This document shows positions 25,972-35,235 of a DNA stretch of 64,000 nucleotides, piece by piece. The notes under the pieces are model-generated. The model had not been told where the DNA came from. It saw only the letters and a program-made list of their open reading frames with translations, and ran no database searches. The DNA is from Acidobacteriota bacterium (GTDB taxonomy: Bacteria; Acidobacteriota; UBA890; WLXD01), in contig CAXWPL010000001.1 of NCBI GenBank assembly GCA_963666215.2, positions 160,001-224,000 of the forward strand, read 5' to 3'. How positions within the stretch are numbered: position 1 is the first letter of the stretch; each line of letters begins with the position of its first letter. The translations under genes were made by a program, and so were the position numbers.

Positions 25972-26754
25972 TCAAACGACGGGGGCGAATGTGGCGACGT
26001 ACCAGCGCAGAATCTCGGGACCGTAGGCGTCGACGATGACGGCGCCCATTGCCAGGAAGGTCCCGAAGGGCAGCGCGTACTCCCAACCGCGGCGACTGAG
26101 CTTGATCACCAGCACGCCAATCAGGCTACCGGCCAGCGAGCCAATGAAGATCGTCGTGAGCGCACCCTTCCAGCCAAGGAAGGCACCGATAAGCAACATC
26201 ATCTTGATGTCACCCATCCCCATCCCCTCGCGTCCTCGCATCTTGAGGTAGAGGTACGCGACAGCGTAGAGCACTCCCCCTCCAAGTAACGCGCCCAGGA
26301 TCGACTCGAGTGGCACTCGCCGCGGATCGGCGAACGAAAGGGCCAGCCCCAGGAGGGTACCCGGGAGCGTGATGATGTTGGGCAGGATTCGGTGGTCAAT
26401 GTCGATGAGCGACAAGACCAGCATCGTGTAGCCAAAGAGCGTGCTTGACGCCGCGCTCCATCCGGGCCCCCAGCGCCACAGAGCGAAACCGAGGATCAAC
26501 CCACCGGCGAGCTCAACGAGCGGATAGCGCACGGATATGGCTATGCCGCAGTCGCGGCACTTGCCGCGCAGCGCGAGCCAGGAAAACAGCGGCAGATTGC
26601 GGTACCAGGGGATCGGCGCCTTGCAGCTCGGGCACGCGGACCGCGGCACGATGTTGGCACCCAGCGGAACACGATGAATCACCACGTTGAGGAAAGAGCC
26701 GAACAGCAGGCCGAACAGGAAGCCTGTGCCCACGAGTACGAGGCCCGGGCTCAA
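25972..26754 (-). CDS. pilD: Prepilin peptidase/N-methyltransferase
   Basis: GSFLNVVIHR, two CxxC motifs, RYPLVEL, DIDHRILP, GMGMGDIK, PFG. Confidence 0.95.
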   Translation of the reverse strand: MSPGLVLVGTGFLFGLLFGSFLNVVIHRVPLGANIVPRSACPSCKAPIPWYRNLPLFSWLALRGKCRDCGIAISVRYPLVELAGGLILGFALWRWGPGWSAASSTLFGYTMLVLSLIDIDHRILPNIITLPGTLLGLALSFADPRRVPLESILGALLGGGVLYAVAYLYLKMRGREGMGMGDIKMMLLIGAFLGWKGALTTIFIGSLAGSLIGVLVIKLSRRGWEYALPFGTFLAMGAVIVDAYGPEILRWYVATFAPVV

Positions 26755-27632
26755 CGGTCGGCCCTGCTCTGCGAATCACGCGGATCGGCAACGCGACCGG
26801 TTACCGGATCGTACGAATAGCGGGCGCCGGCGGGCGTCACCGGCAGGCCCGAGATGTAGCCGGTCTGCAGAAGATTCTCGAGCGCTCCAGGGGGTCTTCC
26901 CCGGTCGGTCCGATACTGAGCGATCGCCGCCTCGAGGGCCCCCATGTCGATCTCGATCTTGAGATCGTAGGTGTGCTGCCAGGCGATGTCGACAACACGC
27001 TCGTCTCCGTCGGCCGTAGCCGCGTCATGGATCTCGAGCCACATCGACAAAGCTCTCGTCTTGTCGCCGGCGTACTCGTTCATGCCGGCCAAGATGCGAC
27101 GCAGCGTCGCGGGGGAGCCGGGAACCGCGAGAGCGAGCTCAAAGTACTCCGAGGCCCGCGCGAAGTCCTCGAGGTCGAGCCAGCAGTAGTAGCCGGCCTC
27201 CATCGGCAGCAGCCATTCACCCGGGTTCTTCGCGGCACCCTTGTCGAGCAGGTCGAGCGCCAACTCGGGGTCGGACATGTCGGTCGCCATCACCAGAGCG
27301 CCGGTCAGGTAGGCGTCGAGGAAAAGCGGATCAAGATCGGTGATGACGTTGAAGATGCGCCAGATATAGCGTCGGCCCTCAGCGCTTCGATGGTGCCCGT
27401 AGTACTGCAGGCTCCACAGGTAAATCCCGTCGGCCAGAACCGTCTGAAAGCCGAGGCTGGTGGCCTGCATGTACTGCCCGCTCGGCAAGAACAGGAGCGA
27501 ATCTTCAATCGGCCAACGCCCGCGGCGGAAGTCAATTGAGCGCTGCGGCAGCACCCACCCGCCAACACAGAGCACCAACAGCGCCCAGAGGCCGATCGTG
27601 CGAACCACCTCACCGGGCCGAGCGGCGCTCAT
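26751..27632 (-). CDS. Membrane-anchored TPR protein (PilG/XapA-like) with pilin-like C-terminus
   Basis: N-terminal TM, TDLDP.F, TPR-like helices, and a C-terminal segment AIAQYRTDRGRPP..L..LLQTGY. Confidence 0.65.
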   Translation of the reverse strand: MSAARPGEVVRTIGLWALLVLCVGGWVLPQRSIDFRRGRWPIEDSLLFLPSGQYMQATSLGFQTVLADGIYLWSLQYYGHHRSAEGRRYIWRIFNVITDLDPLFLDAYLTGALVMATDMSDPELALDLLDKGAAKNPGEWLLPMEAGYYCWLDLEDFARASEYFELALAVPGSPATLRRILAGMNEYAGDKTRALSMWLEIHDAATADGDERVVDIAWQHTYDLKIEIDMGALEAAIAQYRTDRGRPPGALENLLQTGYISGLPVTPAGARYSYDPVTGRVADPRDSQSRADR

Positions 27633-28399
27633 ACGAGATCACGACGGCGAAACAGAATGGCTGCCAGCGTCAGCATGCCCGCCGTATAGGCGGCGGCATA
27701 GGCGGTGGCGTCGAGCACGTAACCGGGCGCCAGTGGCAGCTCGTAGACAACGCGGCTGCGAACGTTGAACGTCTCGAGGTCGGGAATCCCGTAGTAGAGA
27801 ACCGTCACGAGTACCCGAGTCAGTGGCGAGGGCACGCGCGCGGCGAAGTCCGCGAACCCCCACGATAGGTGGCCCACCACGTAGGTCGCCAACGTGAAGA
27901 CCGCGGCCAGGATGGGGGTCGTGAAGCTGGAGAACACGAGCGCCACAGCGGTGACGATCGACAGCTCCAGGTAGGTGAGCACGATCGCCGGCAGCAGGTG
28001 CGTCGGCGCCACGCCGCCCTTCGACCACACCATGCCGAGATAGAACACGGACATCAGGCCAAGCACCACGCCCAACGTCATCATCAAGCCGATGTACTTG
28101 CCGAACAGGAATTGCCAGCGCGCGACGGGCTTGGCCAATACGGCGTAGATCGTGCGCTTCTCGACCTCCTTGTGGACCAGGGTGATGCCAATGAAGACCG
28201 CGATCAGCATCCCGAAGACGGCAAGCGCCGCGAGGCCGACGTCGGTGACAATCTTGAGCTCGCTCCCCACGGTCAACCACGACAGCACGGTGGACGAGGC
28301 CATCAGCAGAACCGCGAACATCACGAACAGGACGAGGATCCGGTCGCGGACAGCTTCCCTGAAGGTGTGTACCGCGATGGCAGACAGTCGATCGATCAT
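27629..28399 (-). CDS. ABC transporter permease (PilI-like)
   Basis: TFREAVRDR, EVEKRTIY.VLAKPV.R..F.FGK, multiple TMs, FRRRDL end. Confidence 0.88.
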   Translation of the reverse strand: MIDRLSAIAVHTFREAVRDRILVLFVMFAVLLMASSTVLSWLTVGSELKIVTDVGLAALAVFGMLIAVFIGITLVHKEVEKRTIYAVLAKPVARWQFLFGKYIGLMMTLGVVLGLMSVFYLGMVWSKGGVAPTHLLPAIVLTYLELSIVTAVALVFSSFTTPILAAVFTLATYVVGHLSWGFADFAARVPSPLTRVLVTVLYYGIPDLETFNVRSRVVYELPLAPGYVLDATAYAAAYTAGMLTLAAILFRRRDLV

Positions 28400-29340
28400 G
28401 CGGTCGACTCCTCAGCAAGCTCGCCAGAGTCGCTCGCGCGCACCGCATCAACGAAGTATTCCTCCAGCGTCAGCCTGTGGGGTGTTACGAGGACAACGCG
28501 ACCACCGCTCCCCTTGACCGCGTCGAGCCAGTTCCCGAGGCCCTCCTCAGATTCGAAACGGTAGTACGAGCGCTGGCCCTGTCGAGCGTGCAGCGGAAAC
28601 TCCTGTAATGCCGCCTGATCGGCGTCCTCGCACGCCGCCTCCCAATAGCGCACCTTCTCCTCGAGGAGCTCGTCCACGGAGCTCTCGCGCACGATACGCC
28701 CGCCGAACAGGAGCCCCACTCGATCGCAAAGCGCCTCCGCATCGCCCAGGATGTGGCTGGAAAAGAAGATCGTCGTGCCGTGGTTCTTGAGGTCGACGAT
28801 GATGTCCTTGATGTCGCGACGGCCGATCGGATCGAGCCCGCTCATCGGCTCATCGAGTATGACGAGCTCGGGCTCGTTGATCAGCGCCTGGGCGAGACCG
28901 ATGCGCTGCAGCATGCCCTTGGAGTACTGCCTGATGGGGTTGTCGGCGCTGGCGGTCATGCCGACGGTCTCGAGCAGCCTTGCCGTGCGCTTGCGACGCT
29001 CCGCAGCTTCGATTCCGAACAGGCGGCCGAAATAGTCGACGAGCTCGCGACCTGTCAGATGCGGGTAGAAGTAGGGTTGCTCGGGCAAATAGCCCACGAG
29101 CTGCCGGGCTTCTGGCCTTGCTCCTCCAACCCCAAACAGCTCGATGTCGCCCTCATCGGGCGTGAGCAGCCCGAGAAGACACTTTATCGAGGTGGTCTTG
29201 CCCGCCCCGTTCGGGCCGAGAAACCCATAGACTTCGCCGCGCTCGACGGTGAGCGTGACGTCATGCAGAACACGTCGCTTGCGCAGCCAAAAGCCGTGCG
29301 GCAGTGACTTGGCTACGTGGCGAAAACGAACGATCGCCAT
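28396..29340 (-). CDS. ABC transporter ATP-binding protein (PilH-like)
   Basis: GPNGAGKTT, YSKGMLQR, LDEPMSGLD. Confidence 0.93.
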   Translation of the reverse strand: MAIVRFRHVAKSLPHGFWLRKRRVLHDVTLTVERGEVYGFLGPNGAGKTTSIKCLLGLLTPDEGDIELFGVGGARPEARQLVGYLPEQPYFYPHLTGRELVDYFGRLFGIEAAERRKRTARLLETVGMTASADNPIRQYSKGMLQRIGLAQALINEPELVILDEPMSGLDPIGRRDIKDIIVDLKNHGTTIFFSSHILGDAEALCDRVGLLFGGRIVRESSVDELLEEKVRYWEAACEDADQAALQEFPLHARQGQRSYYRFESEEGLGNWLDAVKGSGGRVVLVTPHRLTLEEYFVDAVRASDSGELAEESTA

Positions 29341-29510
29341 CGAGAACCACCCCTACGCGCTGGCGTTTCGGAGAGGCGCACAAGCGCCCTATCGCGCGCA
29401 ACAAGTCCACCCACTCGTCGGCACCGAAACGCGACTCATTTTCGAACACTAGCCTATCAAAACCCACCGCAGATTGCGGTCGGAAGACACTGCTGCGGCC
29501 GATCTCCGGC

Positions 29511-29550
29511 AAAAAGAAAGCCGGGCTCCCGAGAAACGGGAGCCCGGCTT
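29511..29550 (-). terminator. Intrinsic terminator after the pilin gene
   Basis: 14-bp perfect stem AAGCCGGGCTCCCG/CGGGAGCCCGGCTT followed by a U-tract on the minus strand. Confidence 0.88.
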
Positions 29551-29578
29551 CTGTCCAGCGCCTAGCTATGCCAGGTGC

Positions 29579-30004
29579 TTACTGACCCGTCGGAGCCTGC
29601 GTGAACTGCCCGTTCGTCAGGATGAGATCGGAGGTGTACGGATCGTTGATCCACGGCGACGGCGGCGCGGGGCCCGTGGCACCGTCGGAACCGTTCGACG
29701 TCAGCGTGTACGTGACTCCACCGGCGTACGTCCAGGCGGTACCCCAGCCGTCGGCGGCCGGCGTGACCTGCATGTAGGTCGGCTGCAAGTTCGCCAGGGC
29801 CGTCGGATACGTGCCGAGATCGACTCGGTAAGTCCCGTTGGCCGTGGCGATGTTGCGCATGTCAGCCATCGTGCGACGCTGACGGCCACGGTCGATGGCG
29901 TCCAACAGCTGCGGCACCGCAATCGTCGCGATGATGCCGATGATCGCGACAACGATCAGCAGCTCGATGAGAGAGAAACCGCCTTCTTGGCGCTTGAGGT
30001 TCAT
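29579..30004 (-). CDS. Major type IV pilin with GspG-like head (pilA position)
   Basis: EGG|FSLIELLIVVAIIGIIA, DGWG, SNGSDG. Has its own sigma54 promoter and terminator. Confidence 0.85.
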   Translation of the reverse strand: MNLKRQEGGFSLIELLIVVAIIGIIATIAVPQLLDAIDRGRQRRTMADMRNIATANGTYRVDLGTYPTALANLQPTYMQVTPAADGWGTAWTYAGGVTYTLTSNGSDGATGPAPPSPWINDPYTSDLILTNGQFTQAPTGQ

Positions 30005-30094
30005 CTGGATCCTCCCGTGGGGCGCTGCCCCGTTGTTGTCGCCCGACCGAATCCAGCCGGGAACGCATTATCAATCATTCTTGCCCCCAAAAAG

Positions 30095-30111
30095 AGCAAG
30101 CAACATGCCAA
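30095..30111 (-). promoter_or_regulatory. sigma54 -24/-12 promoter of the pilin gene
   Basis: TTGGCATGTTGCTTGCT fits TGGCAC-N5-TTGC. AT-rich IHF-like tract upstream (TAAGTCGTTGAGA near 30196-30208). Confidence 0.85.
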
Positions 30112-30296
30112 CCATTGCATAAACTCGACATAGGATGGAAGAAATTATTTATACACATTATTAATCACTTCGAGATATGCATGTAAAGTGTTTGTTCTCA
30201 ACGACTTAGATACGATAGAGCCTTTTCTTTCGATCGCCTCACACGCGCGGGCAACGCTCATGCGTCGAGGTACTCCGGAGGTGGCGCCTGACGAGT

Positions 30297-30345
30297 TGAC
30301 GTTTTCTGTCAGTTCCGAGTGACAAGAACCGTCATTTGTCACTCG
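30297..30345. promoter_or_regulatory. Candidate PilR upstream activating sequences
   Basis: Two TGAC-N7-GTCA palindromes (30297-30311, 30320-30334) and a perfect 10-bp inverted repeat CGAGTGACAA/TTGTCACTCG. Confidence 0.55.
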
Positions 30346-31798
30346 TTGTCCCCGCCGCGTGCTCCCACCGCGGCTCCGACCGGGAGGGCTGGGGCTCCAG
30401 CTTCTTGAGGTAATAGCGAAACGACCGGAAGGAAATCCCGAGAAGCTCAGCTGCGCGGGTCTGCACGCCGTCTGCGCGCTCCAGCGCTTGCAACATCAGA
30501 TCGCGGCGCACATCCTCGAGATGCGCATCGAGATCCAGCCCGTGAGCGGGCATCGAAAACGCGGCTGCCGCTCGACGAGCGCTGGCGGCATCGGCGGCGA
30601 CCGGAGACTCGGCGGCGGCCAGCCGCACGAACGCCGGTAGATCCTCGAGCTCGATCGTCGCACCGCGAGCCATCGTCACCGCGTGACGGACCGCGTTCTC
30701 GAGCTCTCGCACGTTGCCCGGCCAATCGTAGGCGCACATGTAGCGCGTGGCTTCAGCCGAGAAAGAAGTCGCGCGGTCACCAGCTTCGGGACGCAAATCA
30801 GCCAGGAAATGTTCAATGAGCAGGACTAGGTCGGTCGGTCGCTCGCTCAGAGGCGGGAGATCGATCTGAATGACGTTCAGGCGGTAGTACAGGTCCTCGC
30901 GGAAGGTGCCGCCAGCGATCTCGGTGCGCAGCTCCTTGTTTGTGGAAGCAAGCACACGAACGTCGATCGCGCTCTCGACCGTGGATCCCACCCGACGGAC
31001 CCGGCGATCCTCGAGAACTCGCAGCAGCTTCGGCTGCATTTCGAGAGGCATATCGCCGATCTCGTCGAGCAGAATCGTGCCGCCTTCCGCCGCCTCGAAC
31101 AGGCCTTGTTTGTGGCGGTCCGCTCCGGTGAAGGAGCCCTTGACGTGCCCGAACAGCTCGCTTTCCAACAACTGGGCCGGCAGCGCCGCGCAGTTGATCG
31201 TCACGAACGGGGCAGCCGCACGATCGCCGTTGTAGTGAACGGCGCGCGCGACGAGCTCCTTGCCGGTGCCGCTCTGCCCGGTAATCAATACCGTCGAAGT
31301 CGAGCTCTTGACGCGGTGAATCAGGTCGAAAACTCGCTGCATCGCGCGCGAGGCACCCACAATGTTGTCAAAGCGATGTCGATCGGCGAGCTCGTCTTTC
31401 AGAAAGAGGTTCTCGCGCTGCAGCGCCCGACGCTCGACAGCGCGTCTGACTCGCAATTTCAGCTCGTGAAGATCGAACGGCTTGGTAATGTAGTCGTGGG
31501 CGCCGAGCCTTAGCGCCTCGATCGCCGAGTCGGCGGTAGCGTGCGCCGTGACCAGAATCACGTCGACATCGGGCACCTGCATGCGCAGCTGCCGCAGGAG
31601 CTCAATGCCCCCCATCCCTGGCATGCGTATGTCGGAGATGACAACATCGAAGGGCTGCTCGGCGACCGCCGCCAGCGCCGCTTCGCCGCTAGCAGCCGTC
31701 TGAACCTCATACCCCTCGCCACGGAGGGCTATCGCGAGCATGTCGCGCATGCTCCGCTCGTCGTCAACAACCAAGACTTGCTTCAACTCGACCCCCAT
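30332..31798 (-). CDS. pilR: sigma54-dependent response regulator PilR
   Basis: REC domain, [31 protein letters not shown], Fis-type HTH ([12 protein letters not shown]). Confidence 0.88.
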   Translation of the reverse strand: MGVELKQVLVVDDERSMRDMLAIALRGEGYEVQTAASGEAALAAVAEQPFDVVISDIRMPGMGGIELLRQLRMQVPDVDVILVTAHATADSAIEALRLGAHDYITKPFDLHELKLRVRRAVERRALQRENLFLKDELADRHRFDNIVGASRAMQRVFDLIHRVKSSTSTVLITGQSGTGKELVARAVHYNGDRAAAPFVTINCAALPAQLLESELFGHVKGSFTGADRHKQGLFEAAEGGTILLDEIGDMPLEMQPKLLRVLEDRRVRRVGSTVESAIDVRVLASTNKELRTEIAGGTFREDLYYRLNVIQIDLPPLSERPTDLVLLIEHFLADLRPEAGDRATSFSAEATRYMCAYDWPGNVRELENAVRHAVTMARGATIELEDLPAFVRLAAAESPVAADAASARRAAAAFSMPAHGLDLDAHLEDVRRDLMLQALERADGVQTRAAELLGISFRSFRYYLKKLEPQPSRSEPRWEHAAGTTSDK

Positions 31799-31913
31799 GG
31801 CCTGGGCGTAATCGCGCGCCGCGGCTGAAGCGGACACTGACAATATACGGAGACGGTCACGCCACCGGCCAATGCCGGATTTCCTGCCAACCGAGCTCGC
31901 CAACGAGGGGGCT

Positions 31914-33803
31914 TCACGCAGCGTCCAGCATTGCCGGCGACACGCCCACCGATGTCTCAGAGAGCGGCGCCTCGGCATCGGTTGCTGTGACTACCCGAGC
32001 GGCGCCATCCGCAGGGCCGAACAGCATGGCGAAGTGAGTGCCTCGCCCTGGGCGAGAGCGCACCTCGATTCGCGCGCCGTGCTGTTCCAGTATCCGATAG
32101 ACAATCGACTAGACAATCGACAGCCCGAGCCCCGTGCCCGCGGCGGAGCCAGAGACGAAGGGACGGAACAGGCGGTCGATCTCGCCAACGTCCATGCCGC
32201 ACCCGGTGTCTTCGAACTCGACCCGGGCGCCCTGCGGCTGGCGCACCACTCGTAGGCTCAGCCGACCTCCATCCGGCATGGTCTGGATGGCGTTTCGCGC
32301 CAGGTTCCAGAAGACCTGCTTGATCCGATCGGCGTCTGCGAGGACGAACACCGGCTCGATGTCGGCGTCGTCTGGGACCTCGAGCACCAGGCGATGATCG
32401 GGTAGCAGCTCCGCGGAGTTCTGCAGCAGGGCTACCGTTTCGCGGGCCAGGCGAACGATGTCCACATCGACAGGGTCCAGTCGTTTTGGCCGGGCATAGT
32501 CAAGAAACTCGTCGATGATGGTGGAAAGGCGCTCTGACTCCCGCGTCACGATATCCATCAATTCGTGCGCCGGGGCGGTATCGAGCGGAATCTCACCTCG
32601 GCGTAGCATCTGCAGCGAGCCCGAGATCGACGCCAATGGGTTGCGTATCTCGTGCGCCAGCGACCCCGCCATCCGCCCGAGCAAACCCATCCGCTCGTGC
32701 AGCCACAGCAGCCGTTCCATGCGCTTGACCTCGGTCAGGTCCTGAAACATGAAAATCAACCCGCCGTTCATCGGGCTCCCCTGCTCACCCTCGACTTCAG
32801 TCGAATCGCGGCGTGGCCGATCGATCTCGCTGGCGCGCGTCACACTCATGCCCACTACGCGATGCGCCTCACCCTCGGGCTCGATTCGATGCTCGGCGCG
32901 GATGACTTGGTTGTCGTCATCGAGGCACCCATGCAAATCAAGGAGAAACTGCCTGTCGGAACGGAACGCCTCCCACGCCGGCCGACCGACGAGCTCAGAC
33001 TCGGCCAGCCCTGTAATGCGTTCTGCCGCGCGATTGGTGGCAACCACGAGCCCGTCTCGGTTGGTGGCGATCAGGCCGCTGCTCATCCCCGCGAGCAGCT
33101 GATGGTTGAGTGCTTCCAGCGCCTCAACGGCATACCGCTCCTGATCCAGCTGGCGATGTGCGGAGCGCAGGTGTTCTGCGACTCCAGAGGACACCCAGGC
33201 GAGCAGCGCCGTACCAACGAGCAATCCGAAAACACGAAGCGTGACCTCGGCCCCGCTCACAACCGGCGACGGAGCACCGATCTCGAACTCCCACGCAGGG
33301 AGGCGCCCCGATGCGATGAAGTGCGCCATCAGCCCGTAGGCCGCCGTAGACAGCGCGGCAATCGCAACAGCCTGCGGCCGCGTGGCAAGCGCGCCGGCGC
33401 CCCAGGCAATCAGCAGATACAGCAGCACGAACTGCGATCGAACCCCACCCATGTAGTACACCCAGAGGGTCGCTAGCAGAACGTCGATGGAAAGCTGGAA
33501 TGCGATCCACCCCGACCCCACCGGTCGGCCACCGTACGCCAGCGCGTAGAGCAGACCGGAGGCGTAGATCAGCGCGATCAGGGAAAGCAGGGGAGCTAGC
33601 GAGAACTCGGTCCCGACGAGCAGCTGAAAGTACAGAACCGGCGCCAGAAACGCGGTGGCGACGGTGCTGCGAACCAACAGCAATAGCCGCTGGCTCGAGT
33701 GGCCAGCCAGCGGACCGCCACTGGCGGCCATCCCTGTCCCACCCATCGCGCGTGCTGCAGCTGGAGCGTCTTGCATTGGCAGGCCCCTTCCTTCCCCCCA
33801 CAC
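31914..33803 (-). pseudogene. pilS: Sensor kinase PilS interrupted by an in-frame TAG at 32109-32111
   Basis: TM region, PAS, AHEIRNPL, N/D/G boxes. The frame continues past the stop as SIVYRILEQHGARIEVRSRPGRGTHF to TGA at 31914. Start uncertain. Confidence 0.85.
32098..32121. repeat. 12-bp perfect tandem duplication TAGACAATCGAC x2
   Basis: Read directly from the sequence. Confidence 0.95.
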
Positions 33804-33805
33804 GT

Positions 33806-33816
33806 GGGGGGGGGGG
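33806..33816. repeat. G11 homopolymer just upstream of pilS
   Basis: CACGT-G11-AACG. Confidence 0.9.
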
Positions 33817-34035
33817 AACGAGCCACGAGCCGCGCTCAGGTCGCGGCTCGCGTTGTCGTCCTGCCTCCCACTGGGATTCTATCGTCCCTGGCTCGCGACG
33901 CGTCCGGGCCGACCCGTCAGGTCGGCCGCGCTTGCACACGTCGGCGCTGCGTAGCGGACGAAATGGCTGGCGGTCGGAGTCACGCCCCAGCGACCCCGAC
34001 CGCCCTTTTCTCCGACGAGCCTCGTCTCGAGGCGT

Positions 34036-35235
34036 TCAGATCTTGTTGATCAGGTCGAACATTGGTAGGTACATCGAGACCACGATGCCGCCAATCACCA
34101 AGCCGAGGAACACGATCATCACCGGCTCCAGCAGAGACATCAAACCCTCGACCGCGGTATCGACCTCTTCTTCGTAGAAGTCGGCGATCTTGCTGAGCAT
34201 GGTGCCCAGCGCGCCCGTCTCCTCGCCTACCGCGATCATCTGCGTGACCATTGGCGGGAAGGCACCCGAGCTCTCGAGCGGCTCCGCCAGCGACTTGCCT
34301 TGCTCGATGCTGTCGCGCGTTGTGAGAACAGCGTCCTTGACGATGCGGTTGCCGGCAGTGTTGGCGGTGATCGTCAAGCTCTCGAGGATCGGCACGCCCG
34401 ACGACACCAATGTAGAGAGGGTGCGGCAGAATCGAGCCACGGCGATACGCCGCATGATCATGCCGATGACCGGCGTCTTGAGAATCAGCGAGTCGATCAG
34501 CAACTCTCCGCTGTCGGTCTTGTAGTACTGCTTGAGCGAGTAGATGGTGCCCATGATGCCGGCAACCACGAACGGGAAGTAGGCGGCGATGAAGTTCGAC
34601 GCCATGATGACGATGCGCGTTGGCAGCGGCAGCTGAGCGCCCAAGCCGGAGAACAAGGCCGCGAAGGTCGGAATGACCTTCCACAGAATAACCAGGACAA
34701 CCAAAACGGCCACGCTGACGATGACGATGGGGTACATCGAGGCAGCTTTCACCGCCGACTTGAGCTTGACCGCCTTCTCGATATAGGTGGCCAGCCGCCG
34801 CAGGATGATGTCGAGAATACCGCCGGCCTCGCCTGCGGCCACCATGTTGCAATAGAGATCGGTGAACACCTGCGGGTGCTGGCGCAGCGCGTCCGCAAGG
34901 TTGGCGCCGCCCTCCATCTCGCCGCGAACCTGATCCAGAATCCGGCCAAAGCCCTCGTCGTCAGCCTGCTTCGAAAGGATGTCGAGACACTGCACCAGCG
35001 GCAACCCGGCGTCGATCATCACGGAGAACTGCCGAGTGAAAACCGAAACCGCCTGATGGCTGACTTTCGACTTCTTCTTGAACAGCGAGAAGCCACTCTT
35101 GACCGGCTGCACCTTGGTAACTCGGATGCGCTTGCGACGCAGCTGCTGCGACACCGCATCGGCTGAGTCTGCCGTGATGGTGCCCCCTGTCGACTGACCG
35201 TTCCGACCGATCCCAGACCACTCGAAATTCGCCAT
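34036..35235 (-). CDS. pilC: Type IV pilus platform protein PilC
   Basis: FTRQFSVMIDAGLPL, AGEAGGILD, MYP, GEETGAL, EPVMI, MYLPMF. Confidence 0.95.
   Translation of the reverse strand: MANFEWSGIGRNGQSTGGTITADSADAVSQQLRRKRIRVTKVQPVKSGFSLFKKKSKVSHQAVSVFTRQFSVMIDAGLPLVQCLDILSKQADDEGFGRILDQVRGEMEGGANLADALRQHPQVFTDLYCNMVAAGEAGGILDIILRRLATYIEKAVKLKSAVKAASMYPIVIVSVAVLVVLVILWKVIPTFAALFSGLGAQLPLPTRIVIMASNFIAAYFPFVVAGIMGTIYSLKQYYKTDSGELLIDSLILKTPVIGMIMRRIAVARFCRTLSTLVSSGVPILESLTITANTAGNRIVKDAVLTTRDSIEQGKSLAEPLESSGAFPPMVTQMIAVGEETGALGTMLSKIADFYEEEVDTAVEGLMSLLEPVMIVFLGLVIGGIVVSMYLPMFDLINKI

Noticed and set aside
31870-31892. sigma54 promoter upstream of pilR (TTGGCAGGAAATCCGGC)
   Set aside because: GG-to-GC spacing is off by one and the TTGC element is absent.
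32109-32111. Pyrrolysine or amber readthrough in pilS
   Set aside because: The TAG is fully explained by the junction of the 12-bp duplication, and no pyl genes are in the window.
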